DNA of 48,537 bases, from positions 1-48,537 of the forward strand of contig JAUVCG010000001.1 in NCBI GenBank assembly GCA_030595785.1, in the 5' to 3' direction. The position numbers were made by a program, and so were the translations under genes. Origin of the DNA: Kiritimatiellales bacterium (GTDB taxonomy: Bacteria; Verrucomicrobiota; Kiritimatiellia; Kiritimatiellales; Pontiellaceae). This document shows, in pieces, positions 1 to 8,555 of the stretch. The notes beneath the pieces are model-generated. The model did no database searches, was not told the origin of the DNA, and saw only the letters and a program-made list of their open reading frames with translations. Position 1 is the first letter of the stretch. Each line of letters starts with the position of its first letter.

Positions 1-1
1 C

Positions 2-334
2 GTCGCCAGCGGTTCCGAAGTATGGCTCTCGATTGAAGCCGGTGAAAAGCTGGCCGCCGAAGGCAGGAAAGTCCGTGTGGTCAGCATGCCGTCCTGGGAG
101 CTGTTCGAGAAACAGGATGCGGAATACAAAGCGTCCGTCTTCCCGGCAGCATGCACCAAGCGTATTGCCGTTGAAGCAGGCTGGCCGACCGGCTGGGAAA
201 AATATGTTGGCCTCGATGGCAGGATCATCGGTATTGACCACTTCGGCGCTTCCGCTCCGGGCGGCAAGCTGGCCGAAGAATTCGGCATCAATGCCGACAA
301 CGTTTACAACGTGGCCAAAGACCTGTTGGGCTAA
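2..334 (+). CDS. tkt: Transketolase, C-terminal part (5' end outside window)
   Basis: Open frame from base 2 reads VASGSEV...VRVVSMPSWELF...RIAVEAG...GIDHFGASAPG, the transketolase C-terminal domain motifs. Confidence 0.93.
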   Translation, partial: VASGSEVWLSIEAGEKLAAEGRKVRVVSMPSWELFEKQDAEYKASVFPAACTKRIAVEAGWPTGWEKYVGLDGRIIGIDHFGASAPGGKLAEEFGINADNVYNVAKDLLG

Positions 335-342
335 AAGCGGAA

Positions 343-407
343 TTAACCACGAAGGCACGAAGTTCTCGAAGGCTCAGCTTCGTGCGCTTCGTGTCTTTGT
401 GTTTTAA
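343..407. repeat. Imperfect palindromic element built from ~9-bp-period CACGAAG/CTTCGTG units
   Basis: ttaaccacgaaggcacgaag (343-362) pairs with cttcgtgtctttgtgttttaa (387-407); intergenic, directly after the tkt stop. Confidence 0.65.
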
Positions 408-421
408 ATGGCGGAAGAGCG

Positions 422-896
422 ATGGATAAATATTTTAAACTGCAGAACGGAAGTGATGTGCGCGGGGTGGCGCTTGAGGGCGTCGAGGGCGAACCAGTCA
501 ACCTGACCGCCGACATTTCGCGCACGATTGGCTATGCCTTTTCCCAATGGCTGGAGAAGAAACTGGGCAAGTCGGGGCCTGAAGGTTGGCGTTGGCCACG
601 ATTCGCGTCTCTCAGCCGAGGCTATCAAGACGGCGGTTTTCCAGGGTTTGGAAAAAGGCGGATGCTCGGTGTCCGACTGCGGACTGGCTTCGACGCCGGC
701 CATGTTTATGTCGACCGTTTTTGAGAACCATCTCTGCGACGGCTCCATCATGCTGACCGCCAGCCATCTTCCATTCAACCGCAATGGCTTGAAGTTCTTC
801 ATTTGCGAAGGCGGGCTCGGGAAAGAGGACATCAAGGAAATTCTGACCCTTGCGACCGAAACCGGGGAATTCGACGGACTCACCTTCCGCGATTAA
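422..896 (+). pseudogene. Phosphoglucomutase/phosphomannomutase (alpha-D-phosphohexomutase) N-terminal fragment, frameshifted and truncated
   Basis: Frame from 422 gives QNGSDVRG. After the GGGG run at 574-577 the homology continues in another frame: VGHDSRLS, GLASTPAMF, TASHLPFNRNGLKFF (phosphoserine loop). Stops at 896 with domain I only. Confidence 0.85.
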
Positions 897-1129
897 AGGT
901 TTTTCGAGTATTTTAAAGGTGTGACATCGTACCGCTTCTTGAATGTTTGGGGTGTCCGTAGTATGCTTTTTGCGAATAAAAAATAGGCTCAGGGAGCAGG
1001 ATTCCATAACCTGAAGGACGGATGCGATGAGAAAATGGCTGACTTTATTTTGTGCGGGATTGGTTAGGGTTATGCAGCTGCGCGGTAGTACCACAAAATG
1101 TGGTTTGTTCGTAACAGAGGGGATGCTGA

Positions 1130-2830
1130 TTGATGTTAAAGAGGGTGTTTCCATTTATAGGCTGGCGCTTTACGAAGGGTGATATCCGCGCCGATTTTCT
1201 GGCCGGCCTGACCGTTGCGCTGGTGCTTATTCCACAGTCGATGGCCTATGCCCAGCTTGCGGGACTTCCGGTCGTGGTGGGGCTTTATGCTTCGTTCCTG
1301 CCGGTGATTTTCGGTGCGCTTTGGGGATCGTCGCACCATCTGCAGACAGGCCCGGTGGCAATGACTTCGCTGCTGACGGCAACTGCATTGATGCCGCTGG
1401 CCGTTCCGGAAACAGCGGAATATGTGGTGCTGGCCGGCGTTTTGGCCGTAGTGCTGGGCATCATTCGTTTGATCATTGGCTTCTTCAAGCTGACGGTCGT
1501 TGCAAACTTTCTATCCAAGCCGGTGATGGACGGCTTCGTGCATGCTGGCGTGCTGGTGATTGCATCGTCGCAGGTGAGCAAGCTGTTCGGGCTCCCGATG
1601 GAGCGTTCGGGCTGGTATCTGCACGATCTCTGGAATCTTGTTCTCTCATTACCTGAAACCAACATGATCGCCGTCTTGCTGAGTGTCATTTCAATAGTAC
1701 TGCTGGTCGTACTCAAGATAGCATGGCCCAAACTCCCGGCGGCATTGTTCGTGGTCATCATTACAACGGTGATGGTCTATTTTTTCGGGTGGTCTGACAA
1801 GGTGGCCATCGTTGGAGAAATCCAGAAAGGTTTGCCAAAGTTTACATCGGTCACACTGGAGTGGAGCACGGTGGTCAAGATGCTGCCCGGTGTGCTGGCG
1901 ATAACCTTCATCGGTTTCATGGAAATGACCGGCGTGGCCAAGGCGGTTGCCGCCAAGAGCCGCCAGCCGCTCGATCTCGATCAGGAAATGATCGGGCAGG
2001 GTATGGCGGCACTTTCGGCCGGCTTTACGGGCGGCTATCCGGTTTCCGGTTCGTTTTCACGCACGGCCCTCGGTTTTGCTTCCGGTGCCAGGACCGGCAT
2101 GAACTGCATCTTTACCGGCGTTTTTGTAGCGCTGTTCCTGATGTTCCTCGCCGGCGCACTGTTCTATCTGCCCAAGGCCGCTCTTGGAGCAACGATTATC
2201 ATAGCGGTTGTCAAGCTGCTCGATTTCAAGCGGTTATTCGGCTACTGGAAAATCAGTCGAACCGAAGGCTTTCTGGCCCTGTTCACTTTTGCGGCCACGC
2301 TCCTGTTTGCGCCGCAGTTGCAAAACGGTATTCTGGTGGGCGCGGCACTTTCGATTGTTGTATTCCTCTTCGAGACCATGAAACCCAATGTGGTGCTGCT
2401 GGGTCGTCACGAAGACGGCACCTACCGCACACACGACATCTACAACCTGATGGTCGATCCCGAAATGCCGGTCATCCGGTTCGACGGGCGTCTGTTCTTT
2501 GCCAATGTTTCCTACTTTGAGGACATGCTTCTCGATACCCATGGCGAATACTCCGATGCCCGGTTCATTGCCATCGATTGTCAGGGCATGAACGCCATTG
2601 ATGCTTCCGGTGTGGAAATGCTGGGAGATATGGTAAGGATGCTGCGGGAAAACAATGTCGAACTGCTCTTCTGCCGCATGAAGTATCCCGTCCGTAAGGT
2701 GCTCGAGCGCGCCGACCTTCTCGAAGAAATCGGCGAAGCCAACTTCTTCCACCGCATCGACGATGCCCGTGAGCATGTTGGCGGAGAGGTAGGCATAGGT
2801 CATACTTTTAAATCCAGCCTTGGAATCTGA
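1130..2830 (+). CDS. SulP/SLC26 family anion (sulfate) permease with C-terminal STAS domain
   Basis: DFLAGLTVALVLIPQSMAYAQLAG, GSSHHLQTGP and GSFSRT motifs; many TM helices; STAS (LFFANV, IDASGVEML). Confidence 0.95.
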   Translation: MMLKRVFPFIGWRFTKGDIRADFLAGLTVALVLIPQSMAYAQLAGLPVVVGLYASFLPVIFGALWGSSHHLQTGPVAMTSLLTATALMPLAVPETAEYVVLAGVLAVVLGIIRLIIGFFKLTVVANFLSKPVMDGFVHAGVLVIASSQVSKLFGLPMERSGWYLHDLWNLVLSLPETNMIAVLLSVISIVLLVVLKIAWPKLPAALFVVIITTVMVYFFGWSDKVAIVGEIQKGLPKFTSVTLEWSTVVKMLPGVLAITFIGFMEMTGVAKAVAAKSRQPLDLDQEMIGQGMAALSAGFTGGYPVSGSFSRTALGFASGARTGMNCIFTGVFVALFLMFLAGALFYLPKAALGATIIIAVVKLLDFKRLFGYWKISRTEGFLALFTFAATLLFAPQLQNGILVGAALSIVVFLFETMKPNVVLLGRHEDGTYRTHDIYNLMVDPEMPVIRFDGRLFFANVSYFEDMLLDTHGEYSDARFIAIDCQGMNAIDASGVEMLGDMVRMLRENNVELLFCRMKYPVRKVLERADLLEEIGEANFFHRIDDAREHVGGEVGIGHTFKSSLGI

Positions 2831-3351
2831 ATACGCCTGCGTTTGGTTTCGCCGTGCAGCAGGTTCAGCTTACGCCAGCAGGGCTGGTCGCGCTCATTGA
2901 GTTCCACGCCTCCAAGGGCCAGCCCCGTCCCCAGAAAGATGCGGTGCTTGCCGTAGCGCCTGTTAATGCGGTCCACCCCACCTTGCCAAGATTTCGCATG
3001 CGCTCAATACGTACCTGATCATCAAATAGCTCATACTGCTGCTGGCGGTCGCTCTCCAGTCTTCCCAATACGACCGTTGTCGAGCGATACTCTGCGCCTG
3101 CCACATAGAGTTGGTTAAACATCTGTTCGACCAAAAGCATGATTTCCATGGCGTTGGATGTGCTTTCCTTTCACGGCAGTTATGCCTTGGGGTTTACGGT
3201 AGTCTGACGCAATCTTGGCGAGGCTCTTGGTGAGGCTTAGCCCCACCGAAACAGTTATATCCAACTCCCGGTGAATCGCGGTCTGGAGATGGATAGCGAT
3301 CTCCTTGTAGGAAGCGCAGGCAATGATGCCGCGCTCCTTGCCGGTCACTAG
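2800..3351 (-). pseudogene. dinB: DNA polymerase IV (DinB, Y-family) remnant with internal deletions and frameshifts
   Basis: Fragments in order: VTGKERGIIACASY, KEIA..ITVSVGLSLTKSLAKIASDYRKPQG, YRSTTVVLGRL...QQYELFD, then after a frameshift VDRINRRYGKHRIFLG...IPRLDLKV* (stop 2802-2800). Catalytic DxDxFF and SIDE motifs are absent. Confidence 0.85.
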
Positions 3352-3572
3352 TTGAGGTCGATCAGTTTGTTGACGGGGTTATATATAGGTGTGCAAACGT
3401 ACACATGCAAGGCAAAAGCTATACATGAAAGTCAAGATGACCAACGAACAGGAAGCCCGGCTAAGTGAAACTCCTCGAGGTAGCCAAAGCGATCCGGAGC
3501 GAAGCGGAGACAGGCGTTGTGGATGCAACGCAGTGATCAACGAGAGCGGAAACCCAAGGGGGGGTATCTTTG

Positions 3573-3656
3573 GTAGGGACGGATCGCCGAGCCGTCCACC
3601 CCGCCTTGCGAAGGCGCTCTCACGGAGCGCGGCGCGCTCGGCGAGCACGCCCTGTC
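3573..3656. repeat. REP-like doublet (GTAG-footed hairpins in inverted orientation)
   Basis: GTAG-GGACGG-ATCGCCGAG-CCGTCC at 3573-3597. Inverted degenerate copy at 3631-3656 (reverse complement GACAG-GGCGTGCTCGCCGAGCGCGCC). Lies downstream of recA. Confidence 0.7.
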
Positions 3657-3711
3657 TTTTTCAACTCGACGGCGACAGCAAACCGCTTAACTTAGTGCCT
3701 TCGGGGCATCC

Positions 3712-4734
3712 CTATGCTTTGATGCTTTCTTCACGGGACTTGTAGATGCGGTCGATGACGGAGTCGCAGAGCTCCTTGTCTTCCTTGAGGGCGCGGACGG
3801 CGGAATCGCGGCCCTGGCCGAGCTGGGTTCCATCCATTGAGAGCCATGAGCCCTTCTTTTCGATGATACCTGCGTCAATGGCAGCGTCGATCACCGAACC
3901 GGTGTAGGAGATGCCTTCAGCGTAGAGGATGTCGAACTCAGCCTGGGTGAACGGAGCTGCCACCTTGTTTTTCACGACTTTGACGCGCGTGCGGTTTCCA
4001 TAGACGGTGCCGGCGGAATCCTTCAACTGTCCAATGCGGCGGATATCGAGACGAACAGAAGAGTAAAACTTCAGTGCGCGGCCGCCGGGTGTGGTTTCCG
4101 GGCTGCCGAACATGACGCCGATCTTTTCGCGGATCTGGTTGGTGAAGATGCAGGTGGTGCGTGAACGGTTGATGGCCGCCGTCAATTTACGAAGCGCCTG
4201 CGACATCAGGCGGGCCTGCAGGCCCACATGCGATTGTCCCATTTCGCCATCCAGTTCGGCGCGCGGCGCGAGCGCGGCGACGGAGTCAATGACGACCACG
4301 TCGAGCGAGTTACTCTTTACCAAGGCTTCGCAAATGTTCAGGGCTTCTTCGCCCGAGTCCGGCTGGGAAACCAGCAGGTTATCAATATCAACGCCGATCT
4401 TCTTGGCATAGCCCGGATCCAGCGCGTGCTCGGTATCGATAAAGGCCGCAGCACCGCCGGATTTCTGCGCATTGGCGATTACATGCGAAACCAGCGTGGT
4501 TTTTCCCGAAGACTCCGGCCCGTAGATCTCGACGATGCGCCCGCGGGGAAGGCCCCCAACTCCAAGTGCGATGTCAAGGGTCAGCGCACCGGTGGAAATG
4601 GTTTCAATCTTGGTAGTGGCCGCGGCATCGCCGAGTTTAACGATTGCCCCTTCGCCATACTGTTTCTGGATTTGTGCCACTACGGCACTCAGGGCGGAAG
4701 AACTGTCTGCGGGGGTCTCTTTTTTTGCGGCCAT
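3712..4734 (-). CDS. recA: Recombinase A
   Basis: [58 protein letters not shown]. Start set to ATG 4734 with AAGGAG RBS. Confidence 0.99.
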   Translation of the reverse strand: MAAKKETPADSSSALSAVVAQIQKQYGEGAIVKLGDAAATTKIETISTGALTLDIALGVGGLPRGRIVEIYGPESSGKTTLVSHVIANAQKSGGAAAFIDTEHALDPGYAKKIGVDIDNLLVSQPDSGEEALNICEALVKSNSLDVVVIDSVAALAPRAELDGEMGQSHVGLQARLMSQALRKLTAAINRSRTTCIFTNQIREKIGVMFGSPETTPGGRALKFYSSVRLDIRRIGQLKDSAGTVYGNRTRVKVVKNKVAAPFTQAEFDILYAEGISYTGSVIDAAIDAGIIEKKGSWLSMDGTQLGQGRDSAVRALKEDKELCDSVIDRIYKSREESIKA

Positions 4735-4926
4735 GCTGTTTTTTCTCCTTCGATCGGTGGGTCGGGGTTTAAATAAGGGTCGCATTCTTATCCGACCCCC
4801 TCGGCAATGTCAACGGCACCCGCTTTCAACCGCAGGTTTTTTTACCCTTGTGGTCAAAGAAGGGGTCGATTTTCGGTTTGTTCCAGGAAAAACATTGCAA
4901 ATTAGAGTGTAATTAACAAACTCTTT

Positions 4927-6012
4927 CTAACCATGATCGATCGATTGAAGGATGTGCCGGGCGGCGATCTCGGCCCCGCCGCGTGGAATCTGTTCGGTTG
5001 GAGCCGGAGCGGATTCAACTTCCTCCAGCGCACGGCCCAACTCGCCGGCATGGAGCTTGTCGCCGGGTATAAAGGCATGGCGGCAATACTTTTCGATGCC
5101 ATCCACCAGGATGGGATATTCAAGAAAGTTCTCACGGCTGGTATAGATGATCGGCTTGTTGTTAGCGATGCACTCGGAGACGATTCCGAAGCCGGGCTTG
5201 GTCACGACCACATCCATCGAAGCGAGAATGCCCGCGAAACCCATCGGTGAACGCCTGAGGCATTTTATGGTGGAATTCGGCCACTCCAGAGGTTCGACGG
5301 AGAAGAGCTCGTATCCATCCAGACGGGAAAGGTTTCCCAGTGCGTGGACATCGAGGTTGAGCGACGTGAAGGAAATCAGAACCCATTTTTTATCGGGATC
5401 CGCGCCGCTGTGTTCGGCAATCATCTCCCGGCATTCGGTGCCGGGCTTGGCCAGCAGAGGTAGATCAATTTGATTCGGAAAAGCAGTCATGGGTTCTGCA
5501 AAAGGCTGTCGCAGAAGCAGGTCGGTCTGCCGGTAGGTTTTACTGAATGCGTCGACATGGCGTTTCCAGCGCGGATCAAATTTCACAAAGTCGGAATAGA
5601 TCCAATCCCACCCAAAGTTGCCGGTCGCGATGGCCGGAACACCGGCTCGTTTCGCCGCCTCCAGCGGAATGGCGGGAATGTCAGCCACTACAACTCCCAC
5701 GTTTTCACCGTCGATAAATGCCATTTCCCCTGCGATCAGGCGGCTTTCATTTGCATAGAGGTGTTCGACCGCGTCGATGGAGGCCTCAAGGTCAACCCGG
5801 ATCGAATCCTTTTGAATCAGGCCTACATCGAAGGCGCTCGGAATAATTTGAATGGCAGCGGGAAGACGACTTTGCATGAACGCCAAAGGCAGGTCGGTCT
5901 TTACAATGATTTCGACATCCCGCGCGGCATTATGAAGGGCATTGAGGATGTCGCATGAACGGGTTCCGTGTCCGTAGCCGTGGGCCGTGATGTAGTAGGA
6001 AATCTTCTGCAT
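4927..6012 (-). CDS. GT-B fold glycosyltransferase-like protein (resembles the N-terminal domain of L-arabinokinase)
   Basis: YYITAHGYGHGTRS, VVVADIP, GNFGWDWIY, DVVVTKPGFGIVSECI, RENFLEYP motifs. Confidence 0.7.
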   Translation of the reverse strand: MQKISYYITAHGYGHGTRSCDILNALHNAARDVEIIVKTDLPLAFMQSRLPAAIQIIPSAFDVGLIQKDSIRVDLEASIDAVEHLYANESRLIAGEMAFIDGENVGVVVADIPAIPLEAAKRAGVPAIATGNFGWDWIYSDFVKFDPRWKRHVDAFSKTYRQTDLLLRQPFAEPMTAFPNQIDLPLLAKPGTECREMIAEHSGADPDKKWVLISFTSLNLDVHALGNLSRLDGYELFSVEPLEWPNSTIKCLRRSPMGFAGILASMDVVVTKPGFGIVSECIANNKPIIYTSRENFLEYPILVDGIEKYCRHAFIPGDKLHAGELGRALEEVESAPAPTEQIPRGGAEIAARHILQSIDHG

Positions 6013-6052
6013 TTTTGAATTTCGATTTTAGATGTACCGGTCTGCAACGCCT

Positions 6053-6586
6053 TTATGTAAGAACAGTTCCAATGGTGAGGGTTAAGATCATGGCGAGGGT
6101 GGTGCCGAGCTTGATAAAGACGACGCCGAGGCGGGCGAGCACTGCGCCGGTCGCAACATGGACAGCGTGGTCGGCCTTTTTCATCTTGGCGTGTTCGACG
6201 AGGAAGGCGCAGCCAAAGCTTCCAGCGATCATGCCGATCAGGTTTCCAATCACGGGAACGGGGATGAAGCTGCCGAGGATCATGCCGAGAAATCCGCCGC
6301 CGAGCGCGGCCCAGCCGGCTGCCTTTGAGCCGCCGCGTCTTTGCACGCCCCATGCACTGGCCATGGCTTCGGCAATTTCAACACCTATGCAAAGGAGCAG
6401 GAAAACAACAAGGGTTCCAATGCCGGGGAATCCCGGCCAGTGCGCCCAGGCAACAAGACCGCTTGCGGCCAGCACGACCCAGGTGCCGGAGAGGGATAGG
6501 CAGGAAAGAATGAAACCGACAAGGCAAAGCAGTCCCGCCAGCGAATAGATGCCGAACAAACCAACCGACTGCCAATCAACATCCAT
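6053..6586 (-). CDS. DUF456 family membrane protein
   Basis: Multi-TM, Gly-rich protein: GVQRRGGSKAAGWAALGGGFLG, IPVPVIGNLIG, GAVLARLG. Confidence 0.75.
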   Translation of the reverse strand: MDVDWQSVGLFGIYSLAGLLCLVGFILSCLSLSGTWVVLAASGLVAWAHWPGFPGIGTLVVFLLLCIGVEIAEAMASAWGVQRRGGSKAAGWAALGGGFLGMILGSFIPVPVIGNLIGMIAGSFGCAFLVEHAKMKKADHAVHVATGAVLARLGVVFIKLGTTLAMILTLTIGTVLT

Positions 6587-6680
6587 GCGGGTTCCTGCTA
6601 TTTAAACAGAAGAACGCAAAGGGCGCGAAGCATAATGAAAAATCGCTCTTAGCGAACTTTGCGGTCTTCTGTGATACGTT

Positions 6681-8147
6681 TTATTGATTAGCGATCCACT
6701 GTGTAAGCAGGCGTGCACCAAAGAGGGTGGCACCGGGTGCCTGGTAGGGCTTGGCCGCTTCAAGCCACGCCGTGCCGGCAATATCGAGGTGTGCCCACGG
6801 GATACCTTCGGGAACAAATTCCTGAAGGAAAGCGGCGGCCGTCGCCGTACCGGCTCCGCCGGACTTTCCAAGGTTGGAGAGGTCGGCAAAGTCGGACTTC
6901 ATTTCATCGGTGTAGTCCTTGTAGAGCGGAAGCTGCCAGAGGCGTTCACCTGCCGTTGCGCCGGAATCGATCAGTTTGTCGACCAGCTTCTGGTCATTGC
7001 CGAGAATAGCCGAAGCCGCCGAACCGAGCGCAACGAGGCACGCCCCGGTAAGGGTAGCAAGGTCGACGATAGCGGCAGGCTTCATTTCGGAGGCGAGGCC
7101 AATTGCGTCGGCCAGCACCAAACGGCCTTCGGCGTCGGTATTGAGTACTTCGATGGTCTTGCCGTTGAAGGCTTTGATGATGTCCCCGGGGCGAATGGCA
7201 TTGGAACCGGGCATATTTTCGGCAGCGCCGAGGATTCCGACTACGGGAACCTTCACGTTCATGCGGGCGATCATCTGCATGGCGGTGAGTACGGCCATGC
7301 CGCCGCATTTATCGTAGCGCATCCAGCCCATACCCTTGCCGGGCTTGAGCGAAATTCCGCCGGAATCGAAGGTGACGGTCTTGCCGACAAGCACGATCGG
7401 CTTGGCTTTTTTGTTAGTGCCGGAATGCCTGAGGATAATCATTTTAGCATCCTGTGCGCTGCCCTGGGCGACGGAGAGGATGGCTCCACAACCTTTTCTT
7501 GAGAGCTCGGCCTTGCCGAGGACCTGACAGGACAGCCCGTTTTCCTTCGCCATGGCCTTGGCCCATTCAGCGATTTTGGCAGGCGGGGCTTCGTTGCCGG
7601 GCAGGTTGGCGAGGTCGGCGGTGGAGAGCAGGGATGCGCCTTGTGCTTCGGCATGCTTGATTGCGTTGCGATCCTTCACGGCACCGGCGAACGTGAGCGT
7701 AGGAACGGCCTTCTTTTTGCGGTCCGACTTGAATGTGGAAAATTCATAGGTTCCCCAGCAGGCGCCGCGCCCGGCGAGGAGCTGGTAGTCGGATTCGGAC
7801 ACCCCCTTGAGTTTGATGCCCGCGGCCATGGCAAAGGATTTGAGTCCTGCGGCGCGGCCGGCGCGGACCGCGCTGGCAGCGGCCTGTTCGAGCAGCGCGT
7901 TATGGAAACTCCGGTTTTCACCGAGCCCGGCAACGATGAGCTGCCTGGCGGGCGTCTTTTCCGGTAGAGGAAAGATCGCAATCTGTCCGGCCTCGCCCTT
8001 GAAGGCCGAGTTCTTTGCATAGTCGGTCGCCCGTTTTTTGAGCACGGTGTTCCCTGCCGGCAGCAGGACTTCGGACCCTTGGAAAAAAACGATGAGTGCA
8101 TCCTTTTTCTGATCGGCGAGCGGGGCTGGGGAAATAGAGGTCTTCAT
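6681..8147 (-). CDS. pepA: Leucyl aminopeptidase (M17)
   Basis: VGKTVTFDSGGISLK, DKCGG, NTDAEGRLVLAD, DLATLTGA, WAHLDIAGT. Confidence 0.96.
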   Translation of the reverse strand: MKTSISPAPLADQKKDALIVFFQGSEVLLPAGNTVLKKRATDYAKNSAFKGEAGQIAIFPLPEKTPARQLIVAGLGENRSFHNALLEQAAASAVRAGRAAGLKSFAMAAGIKLKGVSESDYQLLAGRGACWGTYEFSTFKSDRKKKAVPTLTFAGAVKDRNAIKHAEAQGASLLSTADLANLPGNEAPPAKIAEWAKAMAKENGLSCQVLGKAELSRKGCGAILSVAQGSAQDAKMIILRHSGTNKKAKPIVLVGKTVTFDSGGISLKPGKGMGWMRYDKCGGMAVLTAMQMIARMNVKVPVVGILGAAENMPGSNAIRPGDIIKAFNGKTIEVLNTDAEGRLVLADAIGLASEMKPAAIVDLATLTGACLVALGSAASAILGNDQKLVDKLIDSGATAGERLWQLPLYKDYTDEMKSDFADLSNLGKSGGAGTATAAAFLQEFVPEGIPWAHLDIAGTAWLEAAKPYQAPGATLFGARLLTQWIANQ

Positions 8148-8148
8148 G

Positions 8149-8517
8149 TTATTTCAGTCCTTCGGGAAGCTTGGCATTGGGGTTGGCAGGGCGGCCGTTG
8201 ACGGAAAATCCAACAAGCGCAATGGCCTCTTCAAAGTTCATTTTCCGGACGGTGCTGCTTTGGTAGCGGATGGTCATGGTACGTTTGTCGATATTGTAGG
8301 AGCTATCCACATAGCCGGGCACCACTTTCAATCCGGACTGGAGATAGGCCGCCGTTGCCGGGGTCGCCATTTCCGGCACATGGTATTCGTCCGATACTAT
8401 TTCCTTGCGGAAGCACCAGAACATAAAGGTGGGGGTTGCGTCTTTCTCGGCTTTGTCGCTACATCCGCCCAAAAAAAAGGAAAATGCGGCAACCGCCAGT
8501 AGTCGTGTTTTTCTCAT
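8149..8517 (-). CDS. Lipoprotein with HMA-like fold lacking the CxxC motif
   Basis: Lipobox LGGC (C19). VPEMATPATAAYL...VPG...TMTIRY...EEAIALVGF follows the HMA pattern, with CxxC replaced by TPAT. Confidence 0.6.
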   Translation of the reverse strand: MRKTRLLAVAAFSFFLGGCSDKAEKDATPTFMFWCFRKEIVSDEYHVPEMATPATAAYLQSGLKVVPGYVDSSYNIDKRTMTIRYQSSTVRKMNFEEAIALVGFSVNGRPANPNAKLPEGLK

Positions 8518-8555
8518 TTGGAACCTTCCGGTATTACGTTCAAGAATGGGCGGAA

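Noticed and set aside
3389-3745. 118-aa ORF between the dinB remnant and recA (MKVKMTNEQEARL looks faintly like an RHH antitoxin start)
   Set aside because: It runs through REP-like repeats and overlaps the recA 3' end; no convincing domain.
4879-4894. Verrucomicrobia-type LexA box (TGTTC-N4-GAACA) upstream of recA
   Set aside because: Only the left half-site matches (TGTTC-cagg-AAAAA), which is insufficient.
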